The translations under genes were made by a program, and so were the position numbers. A DNA stretch of 63,459 nt, counting the filler, from Choristocarpus tenellus KU-1152 (taxonomy: Eukaryota; Protista; Phaeophyceae): the NCBI GenBank assembly GCA_964200185.2. It is 7 parts of 7 records of this genome, joined end to end, with 100 filler letters (N's around TTAATTAATTAA, not from the genome) between each part and the next. Parts side by side here need not be neighbours in the genome. Positions count along the whole stretch, not along the records: positions 1 to 3,421 come from CAXNAD020020153.1; positions 3,522 to 9,481 come from CAXNAD020009311.1; positions 9,582 to 24,545 come from CAXNAD020001087.1; 4 more parts are not named here. The stretch is one strand, 5' to 3'. Of the stretch, positions 1 through 13,000 are shown piece by piece (the first letter of the stretch is position 1; every line of letters begins with the position of its first letter). The notes under the pieces are model-generated. The model ran no database searches. It was not told the DNA's origin and saw only the letters and a program-made list of their open reading frames with translations.

Positions 1-226
1 CCCTGTTTGTCCATTTGGGGCTTGACTTCCCTCAGGGTTTTTATGACATTTTCCTACTCCAAAAAATTTCGGAGTAAGTAGAATATATACGTTGTGAAAA
101 AGTGTGTCAGGAACAAGGATATTGACACTTCTTAACAAACACGATAGCCAAAATTACATCGAAATCGCAACATTGGATTTTGACCCCCAAATGGACGTCG
201 CTCTACCCTCTAAGATACTTTGGCTC
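1..226. mobile_element. MITE family A (~258 bp), left-truncated by window edge
   Basis: Body matches the copies at 19641 and 62019; ends in TIR TACCCTCTAAGATACTTTGGCTC. Confidence 0.9.
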
Positions 227-849
227 AAAAAGTCCGTCAATGAAATCATGGACTCTTGACTGGGAACCTCAATTGGTACCACGGTATAACGGTGTATGGC
301 ATACGGCAATAACGGTATAACAACAGGCAAACATGCTTTCCACATATTGTATATTATATACTATGGAATGTTTTGCATTGCATTACTTTGAATTGTACTC
401 TACTTCGAAGTATTATGTCACATTATGTGATATTTCACGATATTTGATTTACATTATGCTTTGAGATATTTTGCTATATTCTAGTTTGTCACCTTGCATT
501 ACATTGTATTAGATTGTATTACATTGCTATATTACACTATTATTATACTTCGATCTATTCATTACTTTTATATTTCTTTGTATTATATTACACCCTTTCT
601 TTCATACCTCAAAATTCCTGGGTCGGAACCTTGATATATCTGTTACCTATTATATGTGATGGAGGAGAACGTCAGCAGGAAGGAGGGGAGACTTGGTTGT
701 GTGTTGGTTCAAAATGAACCAATATATATTTATTTTTCATATTATCGGCAATGCGTAACCTTTACCTTGAAAACAATTTGAGACATACTCCAGACCAATT
801 AAGGCAGGACCACACACCCACTGTATAGCTAAACCCTCTTGAATTGTGT

Positions 850-1030
850 GTCCCAAAGTATCTAAGGGGGGGGGAGGGTTCTATACCAGGGTGTCCATTT
901 GACCCCAAATCAGGAAAAGTGCATTTACATTGTCCATCCGACGTATGCAACCAAATTACCCAAAAATCGTGACATGAAAAAGTTGACCCCAAATGGACAG
1001 CCATCACCCCTCCCCCAGATACTTTGAGCC
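850..1030. mobile_element. MITE family B (~180 bp)
   Basis: TIRs CCCAAAGTATCT+G-tract ... C-tract+AGATACTTTGAGCC; body shared with 30181 and 45561. Confidence 0.85.
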
Positions 1031-1426
1031 ATATATATATATATCAATTTTGTATACACTCTTGTGCAAATCTAACCAATCAAATTGATCGCATTTCATG
1101 GTGTGAGGAAGATGACTTGGAATGCAGAAAGGTTCAAACTTGCCTACCTCACAGTTGGTTTATAGCTCACTACAAAAAATGTGGTGGGTACAACACAGAC
1201 GTGTGAGCACGGTATGATACCCCGAGTCACACACATACACGCTGAAGATAACTTTGAGGGGATTGGCACGATTCCTCCTGAGTGAGTCGATGGGATCACG
1301 CGGCCCTCTACGTGTTTCCAACTTCAAGGTAGGAATCACATCATAACACTGACTTGGTGCAGTCAACTCTCCAGTGTTGAGTTCTACCTGGTTGACCCGT
1401 CCTTCATAAACACACACACAACATAG

Positions 1427-2877
1427 GAACAACACCACAGAGCAATATTCTGCCTGGACAGAGGGGCAGAGCGGGGGCGTCAGGGTCAAGGGGAGGGGGG
1501 CAGGGATTTCGGCTGAGGATAGCCCAGTCAAAGAGCAAGGTGAACTGACAGGACAAGCAACAAACCTTGGGATTTGCAGCAGGTGCTGCCGCACAAGTCA
1601 AGGGGGACTGTTCTCCCTCACACATTGTCACGCACATTTCTGAAAAAACACGACCCGGAGTATCTGAGGGGGGGGGGGGTCTACACCAAGGTGGCCATAT
1701 GGGCCAAAATGAGGAAAAGTGAATTNNNNNNNNNNACGTTCCCATGGGATGTATGAAACCAAATCCAACAAAATGCGCGATTGGAAAAAATTCACCCAAA
1801 TGGGCACCCCCCCCCCCCCCCCCCCAGATACTTTGAGCCACTGATAAATTCTGCTTAGGGGTACATGAGACATTTTTTTACCTCCCTTATGACGTAAGGC
1901 GGTTTCTAGCTCTTGCTCTGTTTCAAGGAGAACTCGAATTTCATGTCCTCCGCTCCAACTCTCTTTATATAGCAATTGTTGTTACTCTTCTGTTTCATTC
2001 CTCCTTTTTTTTCCAAATCAAGACTCCAGCCCGTGGCAGTCTCTAGAGAAACAATAAAAGGACATCCCTCAGACCATCCACTAGAAAACATTTGATCTCC
2101 TCAGGAGTTATGTTCTCAGTAGACACTATTCTGAACCCCATGGTAATGAAAAAACGCGGACCCCTGCTCTCCTGAATCATCCTCAGGGAGGGGGACAAGA
2201 CTGCAAGGAAGAAAAGGTTGAAGGGGATGGTGAAGAAGAAAATCAGTCCAATGAGGAGCGAGACCGAAGGTCTGCATATGAGACACACCTTGTCCTATTC
2301 GTAGACCCAAGCCCCGATTCCCAAATTTATACCCCAATCTCATCCCGTATCCTGAATCAATCATTGTACCTACCTTTTTCCCTTAGGTGTACCGCTGACT
2401 CAGACTGAACCCAAAACTGACCTCTGAATCCTTGAATTGTATCACAGCCCTATAGTATTCTTAATCTTGGAAATTTTGATCTAACTATTACCACCACGAC
2501 CACCACCACTGCCACCACCACTGCTGCTGCCACTGCTGCTGCCACTGCCACCACAACCACCACCAAGACTACTACTACAATGATACTACTAGTACAATTC
2601 CTCCTCCTCCTCCTACAATCACTACTATTACTACTACTACTACTACCACTACTACTACCACCACCACCACCACTACTACTACTGCTGCTGCTGCTGCTAC
2701 TACTATTACTACTCATATGGGATGTCTATTAAGGTGATGATTGCCCGGTGACACAACCTCTTCCCCTCAATTGTCTGGGCATTTGCGTGTCTACTCCCTA
2801 TGGCACTACTGCTCAGGGAGTGGGAGAGGGAGTTAGAGATGATGGAAGTCAGAAGGGATCTGCTGAAACCTCCCAAG
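1427..2877 (+). CDS. Candidate internal exons of an unknown charged/low-complexity protein (1427-1582, 2120-2269, 2817-2877)
   Basis: AG/GT boundaries with matching phase-2 junctions give ...EEENQSNEERDRREWERELEMMEVRRDLLKPPK; no family recognised; acceptor of the middle exon uncertain. Confidence 0.4.
1652..1839. mobile_element. MITE family B (contains 10-N gap 1726-1735)
   Basis: GACCCGGAGTATCTGAGGGG ... CCCCAGATACTTTGAGCC termini and shared body. Confidence 0.8.
2484..2712. repeat. Compound trinucleotide microsatellite (CCA/CTG/CTA/CCT)
   Basis: In-register runs of related triplets. Confidence 0.9.
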
Positions 2878-3347
2878 GTACAACAAACTTTGCTAGGATG
2901 GTATCCGTACGAGTCTACCTTTGATGTTAAAATACCATCCTGGTTGTCTTCCCTTCCCCTCTTGGGGAAATATCACCCCCTGTCTCTGTTCTGGGGTCAG
3001 TTCTTATGTGTATGTATACCTCCTAAACGTTTCATAATTAACGCCCTTTCCATCTCCAGCACCCTGTGTTGCCAATGGAGGGTTCATGGTCAATGATATC
3101 TCCAGTCCCAAATATTTTCCTACTCCATCCCTACCTAACCTACCCAGTGCTTTTTTCCCACCAGACCTTTTGACATCACAAAGGTAATTTTTGTGAAATT
3201 TTTTGTATCAAATGAAACGTGCATCATGCCCAATCTCCATACCTGAGCTCGTAGGAGTGGCAATGGTACTTTGAAAGGAAAAATATTGAATTCTTCAAGA
3301 ACTTCGCCTTGATGCCTAGGTTTGTGTGGATTGATGATGTATCGTGT

Positions 3348-3421
3348 GACCCAAAGTATCTGGGGAGGGGGGGGGGGGGGGGGGGTCTCCACCGGGGGTA
3401 TAATTTCAAAAAAAACCAGAA
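3348..3421. mobile_element. MITE family B end, truncated by contig end
   Basis: GACCCAAAGTATCTGGGGAG+G-tract. Confidence 0.75.
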
Positions 3422-3521
3422 NNNNNNNNNNNNNNNNNNNNNNNNNNNNNNNNNNNNNNNNNNNNTTAATTAATTAANNNNNNNNNNNNNNNNNNNNNNN
3501 NNNNNNNNNNNNNNNNNNNNN
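3422..3521. other. Artificial contig-join linker
   Basis: N44-TTAATTAATTAA-N44, exactly 100 nt; the core has stops in all six frames; identical at six places. Confidence 0.97.
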
Positions 3522-6500
3522 CCTCCCTTCCCACTTCGCAATATCAGAGCCACCCGTGTCTGATATACACTGAAGTGTCCTTCCTTAGATAGATCAACTT
3601 GGACAGTCACAACAACAGATCAGACAATGTAATAGTTTAGGTTGATCTAAGTCCAATAACACACCACACCACTGAAAAGTGCCCAAAATGCTCCCGTCAC
3701 TTTCCTGTATTATTTCCGAACCTTTTTAGGTAATACACAATCTCTCAGTCTTGCCCCCCACACCGCTGCCACCCTGGGATGTGCGTGCGGCTGGGGGCTC
3801 CCCTATGAAATTACCGGTCTCCTCAGGGATCAATGGTGTTGGTTAAGGGCACTTTGCTTCTACTGCAAGGGCAGAGCCACGAGTTATACTCTCCTAGTAG
3901 CAAATGAAGAGCCTTTGGTGCGTTTTTCCCAGTTATCAAAAGTACTCCCCTAAGGAAAGCCCAATGATAGAAGGCAATGGAAGGTCAGGGAAGGGGGGTG
4001 GGGTATGTTTAGGGGAGGGAAGGGGAGAGTAAATTCTACCTGTTTTGCCTATTGTTGAAGTCAAGACATGTGAACCTGTACAATATCTATTTCATGATAT
4101 AGATACAAGGGGTTCTGTCACTTCAATAAAAGCAAGAGGAGATGCATAGGATAACACGCCTTGGAGAGATCTCCTGCTGGCACGTTCCCATGCCTTGAAC
4201 TTTAGGTAAGACTACAGAACTAGTTGAACTTGAAGCCAACAAATATCTGAGGGAGGGCGAAAAGCTCGCACGTTTTTACTTTTGGGGAAAGGAAGCATGA
4301 GCTGCCCTTCGTCCTGAACTCCACACAACAACAATGTCCCAAAGAAACGGCTCGCCAGGTACACATGTTGAACACTTACGCAACATGACAAATTGTAGGA
4401 CATACATACATACCATATCTATCCGTGACAACCAAGTCACCAGACTTGGGTTAGTATATGGATAGCACAGATCACCACTCTAGACTAACTACCCATCAAA
4501 CAGTTCCCCAACGAATCTGCAAGAATAAGACAACCCGAGAGTTGTTCACCTAGTACTTGAGGAAGGGACAACAGAGTCGATCACAAAACACGACCATAAC
4601 AGCAGTATTCCTCTTAGAAAGGAATTGCTGTTGATCTGCAGATTTCTCTTGGTTTCAACCATCGAAGTAGCACACTAATCATGCATAACTTCGTTGTGGG
4701 TGTACTTCAAAAAGGTGATACTCACTCGAAAACTACTGAAAATCGCATCCAAGTTGTAAAAGTATCTTCACGACGATCAACTACCACCTATAGGTCCCTC
4801 AGTTACACAACTAGTTTACTATTCTTTCCAACCGACCGCTGTAAGAACCCTGGCATGTTCACAAGGTGCGAAAGTTGCGACAACGAACCCATCGCATCCA
4901 AAAAATACCCAGTAAGGTACAGCAAGTGGTTAAGGGTCGAAAGCAAGACGTATAACCCCTCTACCTCTTATCAAATTACTCCGTAAAGATTAATGTAGTC
5001 GATTTTTCCTAGCATACCCTGCCGCGGTTCCTCTCCGCTTCGCACGGACGTGTTATCGCTTGTGGAACGCCAAATAACAAGACAGTGCGGTGGGACCAAA
5101 TTTTGGTCACAGGGCTAGAAAAAACCTCTTTCGAGGGAATAAGAACGCTTATTACAGCTAAAATATTAGTACCTGGACGTGGTGGGTCTGGTACCCAGGC
5201 GAGCAGAGCGCCTCACGCTGCTTTCTAGGCCCACCCTCGTTGAGGACTTTGACTCAAGTTTTTACCCCATCGTCCATTCAGGGTTAGGGTTTTCTACGGA
5301 CGCCTCCTCGACCGCGCGCAAACTGTGCGAGAAATCTTACGCGCCTGTCGTGCGCATAACAAAAAATTAATAGTTCAACCATCATTACAATTTTTACACA
5401 AAAAAATATTATACATGTGACAGCCTACCGGTATTGACCCTGATCACACTTTTTCATTAATTAAATAAGGGTGGAACACAAAGATAGTGAAAAAGCAGGA
5501 CTGACTCGTGGGATTCTTCCCATGTCTCCAGATCCCTTAATAGTTCCACTGTATTGAGTATTATTAGTTATGTGTGTATCACGTAGTAGGTTTCTTTGGT
5601 TGTAGACGTGGTACATATTATGCAAAGAAGTGATACAGAAGTGTGTATGGAAGGTGTCACATTCATGTTTTAAATTCCTAGCATGTAGAGTATTGGTGGT
5701 GGTGGTGCATCGGAGGACCTTCATTGTAATCGGTACATACCTTGTCGCTTGTGGTTGCTGTGTTCTCTTCATTATTGCGTGTTACTCCTTGTCCCTCCAC
5801 AACAAGTGTCTTATCTGCGAATTGTCAGTGGGTATAAAATAATGCCACGTGTAGTACAGCAGGTTGCTAAAGTGGGAGCTATAATATACCATGTGTCAGG
5901 TGGTCGTCAGTCAGTACAGGTAACTAACTGCCGTGTGCAGAGGTGGCTGTGGTGGTGCAGGACAACCAGTCAGTGGCATGAATGCCCTTTCTCTTCCCTG
6001 ATCAACCTCAACGCTGGAAGCATGCCACCTGGTTGACTCTTCACCTCGAGTAGAATGATAGTAGGAACTAAAGGAACCTGGTCTTCTCCGTTCCGTTTGT
6101 TGATAAATGGTGCTGAGAGTGTGGGAAACCAAAGAGCCAGAAGCTCCATGATGGAGGGGTTCCCCCGCTATTTTGGTAGCCTATGTCAAGAATATTATTC
6201 ATACTTTTAGTGAGTGTTAGTCTGCTTTCTTTTCTCACTGATTTGCACCTTACCCTAACTTTAGTAGACGGAATGGGGTGTAGCTCGGATGAAAGGAAAA
6301 AACAGCTTTGGGTGTTGAGAAACAGACGATCTTTTAGTAGTAGTGTTGCTCGGTTATAACTTTAGAGGACCAGGAGGACTTGTTCAGCAACATAGTAGCA
6401 ACAGTGTGGTTGCTACACATCATTGCAGCATCGGACACTATTCCATGGTGGTATGCCGCAGCCTCATGTGTGTCCAGTAGTATAGCTGGCAAAAACAGAC

Positions 6501-9402
6501 GCTACAGAGAGAGAGGGAGTGGTCATTGATCAGCATACAGCGGTTGACCAATACTAAAATACTTGGCATCAAAGCAGCGTGCCATATGGTCTGCTCACTT
6601 CGTCGCATGTTTGGCTGTATGTATGCCCAGCAAAAAAAAAGGCACTGGTGGCTGTGGATCAACAAAGGGCACCTGATCAAACGTGGAAGCGAGTGAGTGT
6701 ACGAGGGTTAACGCCCTAGCCCAAGGAGCAAAGAGAAATCCCACATGTAATGCGGCCCATTCCACATTGAACAATTGCATGTTGGATGCATGTGGCCTAA
6801 GGTGCAGATTCAGACGCAGGGGCTCTGTACATGTATGTGTACTTGTTTTATATTAGGTACCGTCATGACACGTCACAGAGATGTATAACCTATAACGAAA
6901 AGCCTCTCATGCGATAAAAAAAAATCTATGCGATAACAGCGACAACAAACGGACCACATGTATTATTTCTATGCATTACGTGTAAATAAAGGTTCTTGTT
7001 GTTTCTGGTTGGTACTTTCATTGCCATCTTGTTGTTGTTGATGATTCTTCTCTGTCACCAAAAGAATAAGGATAGTAATAAGCAGTAGTTTGGTAGCAAT
7101 ATCATTGGACTATATTTCTGCCAACACACTCAAGACAAACAGGAAGAACGTAGTCTGAGTCTTGCGCTTAAAACGAAGCTGCTACAATGGCCAAAATTGT
7201 TTAAATATTTTTATTACAAATTGTAAATAATCCTCGCTCTGTGTGGTACATATACTACTACCACCACCACAACAGTGTAGTTATAATTCCAAGTTCATTA
7301 TGTACGACAGGGAAAACTGTGTGGACAATGAAGACTTCGTCCACCACTTTATTAGTACCACTTACAGGTTGCCATAATAATATCAAATTCTCTGAAGTAT
7401 ATGGTACGGATTGCTTGGTGTGCGACACCCGCTGCAGGCATGTATGTAGTACTTGCGCTCCCCACCCAAGTTTTGTCCCCTTGTTCTTCCTCCACGATAT
7501 GAAAAGCAAAAGGTTCCAATGATCATTTTTTTGGTGGGGGGGCTGCTCCTGTTCTACAGGAAACAAAGAGCGACGTTTATATTAGGTGGGGCAAGGAAAG
7601 GGGGAGTGTTCAGGGCAAATTAGTAACAAACTCGGTAGGGGTAAATTGCATCTTCTTTCAAAGGTATCCCGATAAATTATATCATTATACAGTAGGTACT
7701 GCTACTGTGCTATTCTACCGATCTCCTTGGAATATTGCACATTCCTGCTTCTACTTAGATATTTCGTCATTGTTCTGTACATCAATACATATTGCACAAA
7801 ATAGTCAGGTACTTTGACCCTTGACTGCTCGCTAGCGAGTTCTTGCCACGTCTAGTGTCCTTGACTGCTATGTTGAATGTTAGAAATCATACCGGATTAT
7901 TTCAATGCTGACATTTGATCGCCAATGCACCTTGAAAACACCAGGACAATGAATGATGCAGTCAGAAAATGAGAAGTACTGCTGAGCCATTCCCGCCTCA
8001 TGGATACAAGCCTTGCAGGTTGCAGGTTTAACGGTTGTGTGCTGGTTGCCTTGGTGTCTGTTATTGTTAAGGATATGTGGATTAGTGGAGTGAAAGGCAT
8101 TGTACTTGGATGCAGCATATGTTCAGGGTTTTCCACACAAGTGGGAGGGCATTCCTGGCAGTCGAACCAGCAAAACGACCTTTTTTGCCCACAATATCAA
8201 CTGCCAACCCGTCACCTGATATCTTGGGTGCTTCGCATGCCATCTACATTTGTAACCCTCGCACTCTCTTCCCCCATCTTACCACTCCCCGTGGGTTCGT
8301 ATTGTTACATTAGAAAGTCTACTGCCAGTAGTGGTACTGTTACAACACGCTCCAGACGCTTACCTCCACAGAATATATAGCTCCAGTGCACAAGCCTATA
8401 GATGACGATGATGCACGTAACGGACTCCTGATACACAAGTCGTCAAGTATGCTGGATCTCTCTCTTGGATCATTCCCTTCGTAAGTATCATCACAATAAC
8501 ATCATATAAAAAGGTACTGACAACGATGTACCAATTGGGGGCAAGATAATAAATAAATAGTAAATATATAGCCAATGAGTACAAATATATAAAATCTAGT
8601 ACTTCAAGGTCGTAATGATGTTTATGAACCCGCCATCAAGATATATCGCCTGTAACATGCCCCCCTAGCATGAAGCATAACTGCTTCAATGCGATAAACA
8701 GGCGATTGGACAAGGAAATATAATATCACTCCTTATCCTCACTCCTTATCCTATCACGAACGCAGCAGGAATGAAATGAATGTCACTTCCGGGTCCTAAC
8801 ATACTAGTAGGCAGCGTTGGAAATCCAACGGAGGAGGAACCTGGAAGAAAACCCCTCTTCCAACGATTGTTTGCCCTGATGACAGATATGCTAGCGCAAC
8901 ACTCGCACCTCACGGCACTCACTCTGCATTTGACTAAACGTCCAAAAGAAAACCTCCTACACCAGAGTCTCTCACACACACGTGAAAAGTAGGGTACTGT
9001 CAAAAAGGACTCCCACCTCCTCTAAGGTTAGAGACACAAGTACAGACACAAAACCATAGTAGCACTGAACTTGGGTACTGCCGTAGAGTCTCTCTCTTCA
9101 AAACTAAAACACAGCAACTACAGGACACCAAGGCAACGTCTCACGGTCACAAAAAGATATTCGGTGCTGCCATAGAAAGGCTTACCCTCCCTAGGAACCA
9201 CAAATATATCCAACAACAAAAAAACATAATACAATAAAGTAAAAATATGGAGTGTCTCAGCAAGTCTCTCCCTCTTCACAACCATCAACAAAAGTGAATA
9301 CAGGCACAAAATTACAACAGCACTGAAATAGGGTACTGACGTAGACTGCCCCACTTCACAACGTGTCAGTAATCCTCCGTCAAAGCATTTATGTTAAACA
9401 AG

Positions 9403-9481
9403 GAGTGAAACTATCTTAGAGGGTACAATTTTTTCCCTGTTTGTCCATTTGTGGGGCTTGGCTTCTCATGGGTTTTTTTAT
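9403..9481. mobile_element. MITE family A end, truncated by contig end
   Basis: GAGTGAAACTATCTTAGAGGGTACAA...CCCTGTTTGTCCATTTG. Confidence 0.85.
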
Positions 9482-9581
9482 NNNNNNNNNNNNNNNNNNN
9501 NNNNNNNNNNNNNNNNNNNNNNNNNTTAATTAATTAANNNNNNNNNNNNNNNNNNNNNNNNNNNNNNNNNNNNNNNNNNNN
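9482..9581. other. Artificial contig-join linker
   Basis: Same 100-nt N/TTAATTAATTAA/N spacer. Confidence 0.97.
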
Positions 9582-10012
9582 CCCCCCACTCGTCTAACAA
9601 AAACCAACTTATTGGAAAAAAAAAAGGGGGGGGGGGGGGGGGGGGGGGGGCGGGTATTAATAGTACACGCCTTCCAAGTAGTCGAAGTAACGGAGAGCCC
9701 AAAGTGCGTTTTGTCTGGAGCACACGGCAATATAACATACATTATATATCACATATCACCCAAAAGTTGCGTAGACAGTTTCTTGGAAGTCAGTCCCTCA
9801 TCCAGGTCAAAAACGGGGGCGGTATACCATGCGCAGGATCAGTCAACAGGAAGTCGACCTCTGGCAGACCGATCCCTGTTAACTTTTGAAACAAAAACAG
9901 AACAAGCAACCCCTGTTAAAATAAAATAAAAATCTATCCTCTATCTCCGAGTCCCTTGGTCTCTCCTCCTTCCGGCTTCCCCCCACTCAAATCCCTGGGA
10001 AAAAAAAATATC

Positions 10013-13000
10013 TCAAGCCCCGTGATCATCTCCTACCTCCGGATATCGTTCCAACTCTCCCCATTCCTTATGTACAGATTCTTCTACATCCCCTGGCATC
10101 CTCTCTCCCTGAGCCCTTCCATCTACGACACTTACTCCATCCGGCTCGCAGTTACATCCCGCCCGTGTCGAAGCCGAGAATGCGCCTGCGCCAGCAGCAG
10201 CTAGGGCACGCCGGAAGGCGATGGGGGCAGAAACAGAGCTCAACAGAAGGGCCCACACAACGGCGGAGTAATCACGCGCCTCCAAGATGCCCTCCTCACT
10301 CGCCTCCTGCGCGATGAGGAACGAGAACTCTCCCCGCCCGTTCATGGCCCACCCAAGCGTGGCAAAGCCCAAAGGAGTCAGTGGGATCGCGAACAGTCCC
10401 ACCATCATCTTCCCGCCAACAGCCGCAACGGTCAGGACCAGTCCACGCCAAACCGACTCTAGCTGGAGCAGTCCTCCGGAGTCAACGAGGGAGGGTATGC
10501 TGAAGGCCACCGTCGCTGAGAAGAAGAGCCGCACGCCCCACAGCGAAAACCGCTTGAGCTGCCGGGCCCACGCTGTCTGAACACCAGGCACTCGTGAAAA
10601 TGCCACGCCTCCCAGAAAGCAGCCCAGGAGGTCGGAAGAACCCACGAGGGCGGACAAGTAGGCCATGAGGGTCGAGAGGCTCAGGACCATGACTAGCAAG
10701 ACGTAGTCTCCTCTACTCTTGCCTTCTGCCCTCACTGTGGCGGTGGAGCCGGAGAGACTACTGGCAACAGTGTCTTGGGTCTTACCTTTGTCGCCCAAGG
10801 TGAGAGGGTTGTAAGGTGCACCGGGTCTGCAAGGAGAGGGCGTTGGCCTTGTGCTGGTTAAGCAGTTCTCCTTGACATCGAGAGAAGATAACCACACTCT
10901 CAGGGCTTGAGACTGTCCACTAATGAGTACTGTTGTGATGATGCCCACAACAACTGATCCGACTGAACCTGCCACTGGAAGAGCGTAGTCATGCCACTTG
11001 TGTCACACATTGTTTAAGGGGTGTAGGGTGAGGGAAGGGGGGAGGAACGGCCTTGAGTTCCGCGTCTGTTGACGCACTGGCATGCTCACGCACACAATTC
11101 TGGATCCAATGGCAGGGGGTTCTATGCCTTGTTCGCTCTATAGTACTAATCCTGCTTTGATAAGGATGGAAAATTAGGCCCAGAATTACCATTACTGGTG
11201 CTGCTTTTGCAAATTCTAAATCAGCAGGTCAAGCGCCCCCAAATGTCAAACTTAGGTACAGCACAGTTGCTGTTCATTGGAAAGGATTAACTGTTGTGCA
11301 GGTGTGGAGGACAAAAAGAGGTGGAGATGGGGTACACCTACCGAGGGCTTGTTCCTTGAGTGGATGTGTTAATGCTAAATGCCTGGGGGTGTGGAAGCAT
11401 AGAAAGCTGTTGGGAATGGCAGTGAGTAATGGATTCATGTCATGGCATATCACTTCTTGCTTTTGGCTGCTGTTGTGTGTAAGAAATTTGTCAACCTAGC
11501 ACGATCACCCCCATGCGCATGGTTTTTGTTCACCCTAACCCAACAACAAATTCATTTACCTATCAAAGTAGCACCACAGTCCACTGTCCATCCACCGCTC
11601 GAAAAACCAGTTCGAATCTCCCTGAAAGGCCACTTTCTACCAACCAGGAGTTCAGTGTAAGGGCAAAACTCAATACAGAGAAAAGTCCTTTAAATCGCCG
11701 CCCTCTATTTCAGAACACCTTTTCCAAAAGTGTTACAGGGGGAAATAGTAATGACAAATGATGGTATCTGATCAGCCTTCAGAAAGGCTGTGCCTGCGCT
11801 TCCAGATTCCAACCTCATTGTAGCTCTGTAGCACATCCAAACAGAATTATCACCGCCACATAGAAGCAGACTAGGCAGAGATGGCATCGTGTGTTTGCAC
11901 TTTGGCGGCATAGCATCTATTGAAATACACGCTCTTGAAGTACCCAGTGTTACACTGCCAGCCTGTCCTGTTTCTAGAACAGACCCACAAGGAAGAAGGG
12001 GACAGATCAAATCTCTGCTGCATATACTACTAGAAGTAACCGAATGAAACTGCCAACCGTACATGTCCTAAACACCGTTGACAAGGGAAGAATGAGGCAA
12101 GCAAAAAGGAGGAGGGGCGAGGGAGGGGTGCCCCCTTGGTTCTCATATCAGACTATCTGAAGGTCTAACCCATGTTGCATCAGCTATTCCAGTCCCCAGA
12201 TACCTATGTGAATGGATTAACGGTCTAATTGTTCTAAAAAACAAGGCAGTTCTTGCACGGGGCAGTATCAAGTGAGCATTGGGAACGGCTTCTTCTGATC
12301 AATGGCCCTTACTATCTGCGGAGCCACAATGGGATTCCCCAGCATTCCGAATGGACTTGCCAAAGTAAGCATAGACCTGGCTGGTGAATGCCAATCCACA
12401 CACAAGAACAAGCTAGCTCAGGCGGCTCAGCAGATTGGTCGTAAGGCTTCAGCAACTACATCTACAAATGCAGCCACCAGGGACCAGCAAGGAGAGTTCC
12501 AACATCAAACAGGCTTCAAAAACGCTATGCAACGATTCAACCTCTCCCTGACATCACCATCTGCTTATGCTCCTTTTCCCAAGTGCGCGGTAAACCACTA
12601 CAACCGACTTCATCCGTCTCTGATATACTACACAAAGTTGGCTTCAAACATCTGCATGGAAGGCTAACCCAACGCCCACCTGTATTAGGTCAAGTATTAG
12701 GTATCTCAGCAGCCTCTTTTTGCTAAGCCAAGGTCCTGTACCACATCGGGTTTCACTCCCCCATTGGTCCCTAGGGATGTGCATCACCAAGGTGACACCT
12801 ACAGCCTTCACACGCACATAGCACTATCTCCCTCTGCTCAATGTGCTGGACCCTCCTTGTCAACACAAGGAAGTCCACTGCTAATCAAGACAATACCATT
12901 TCTCAATATCCCAAAAAGATTCAGATTTCAATTGACATTTCCCTCCATCCCCGACTCACCCCACAGTGGCGGTCTTGGTCCTGACATGATGCCATAGAAC

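Noticed and set aside
2450-2716. Ser/Gly/Val-rich ORF
   Set aside because: It is a translation of a trinucleotide microsatellite.
4590-4900. Possible short minus-strand exons (VVVDRREDTFTTWMRF...)
   Set aside because: The splice chain reaches a stop quickly and no family is recognisable.
5900-8300. Gypsy integrase/RNase H echoes on the minus strand
   Set aside because: The motifs are too degenerate to support without a profile search.
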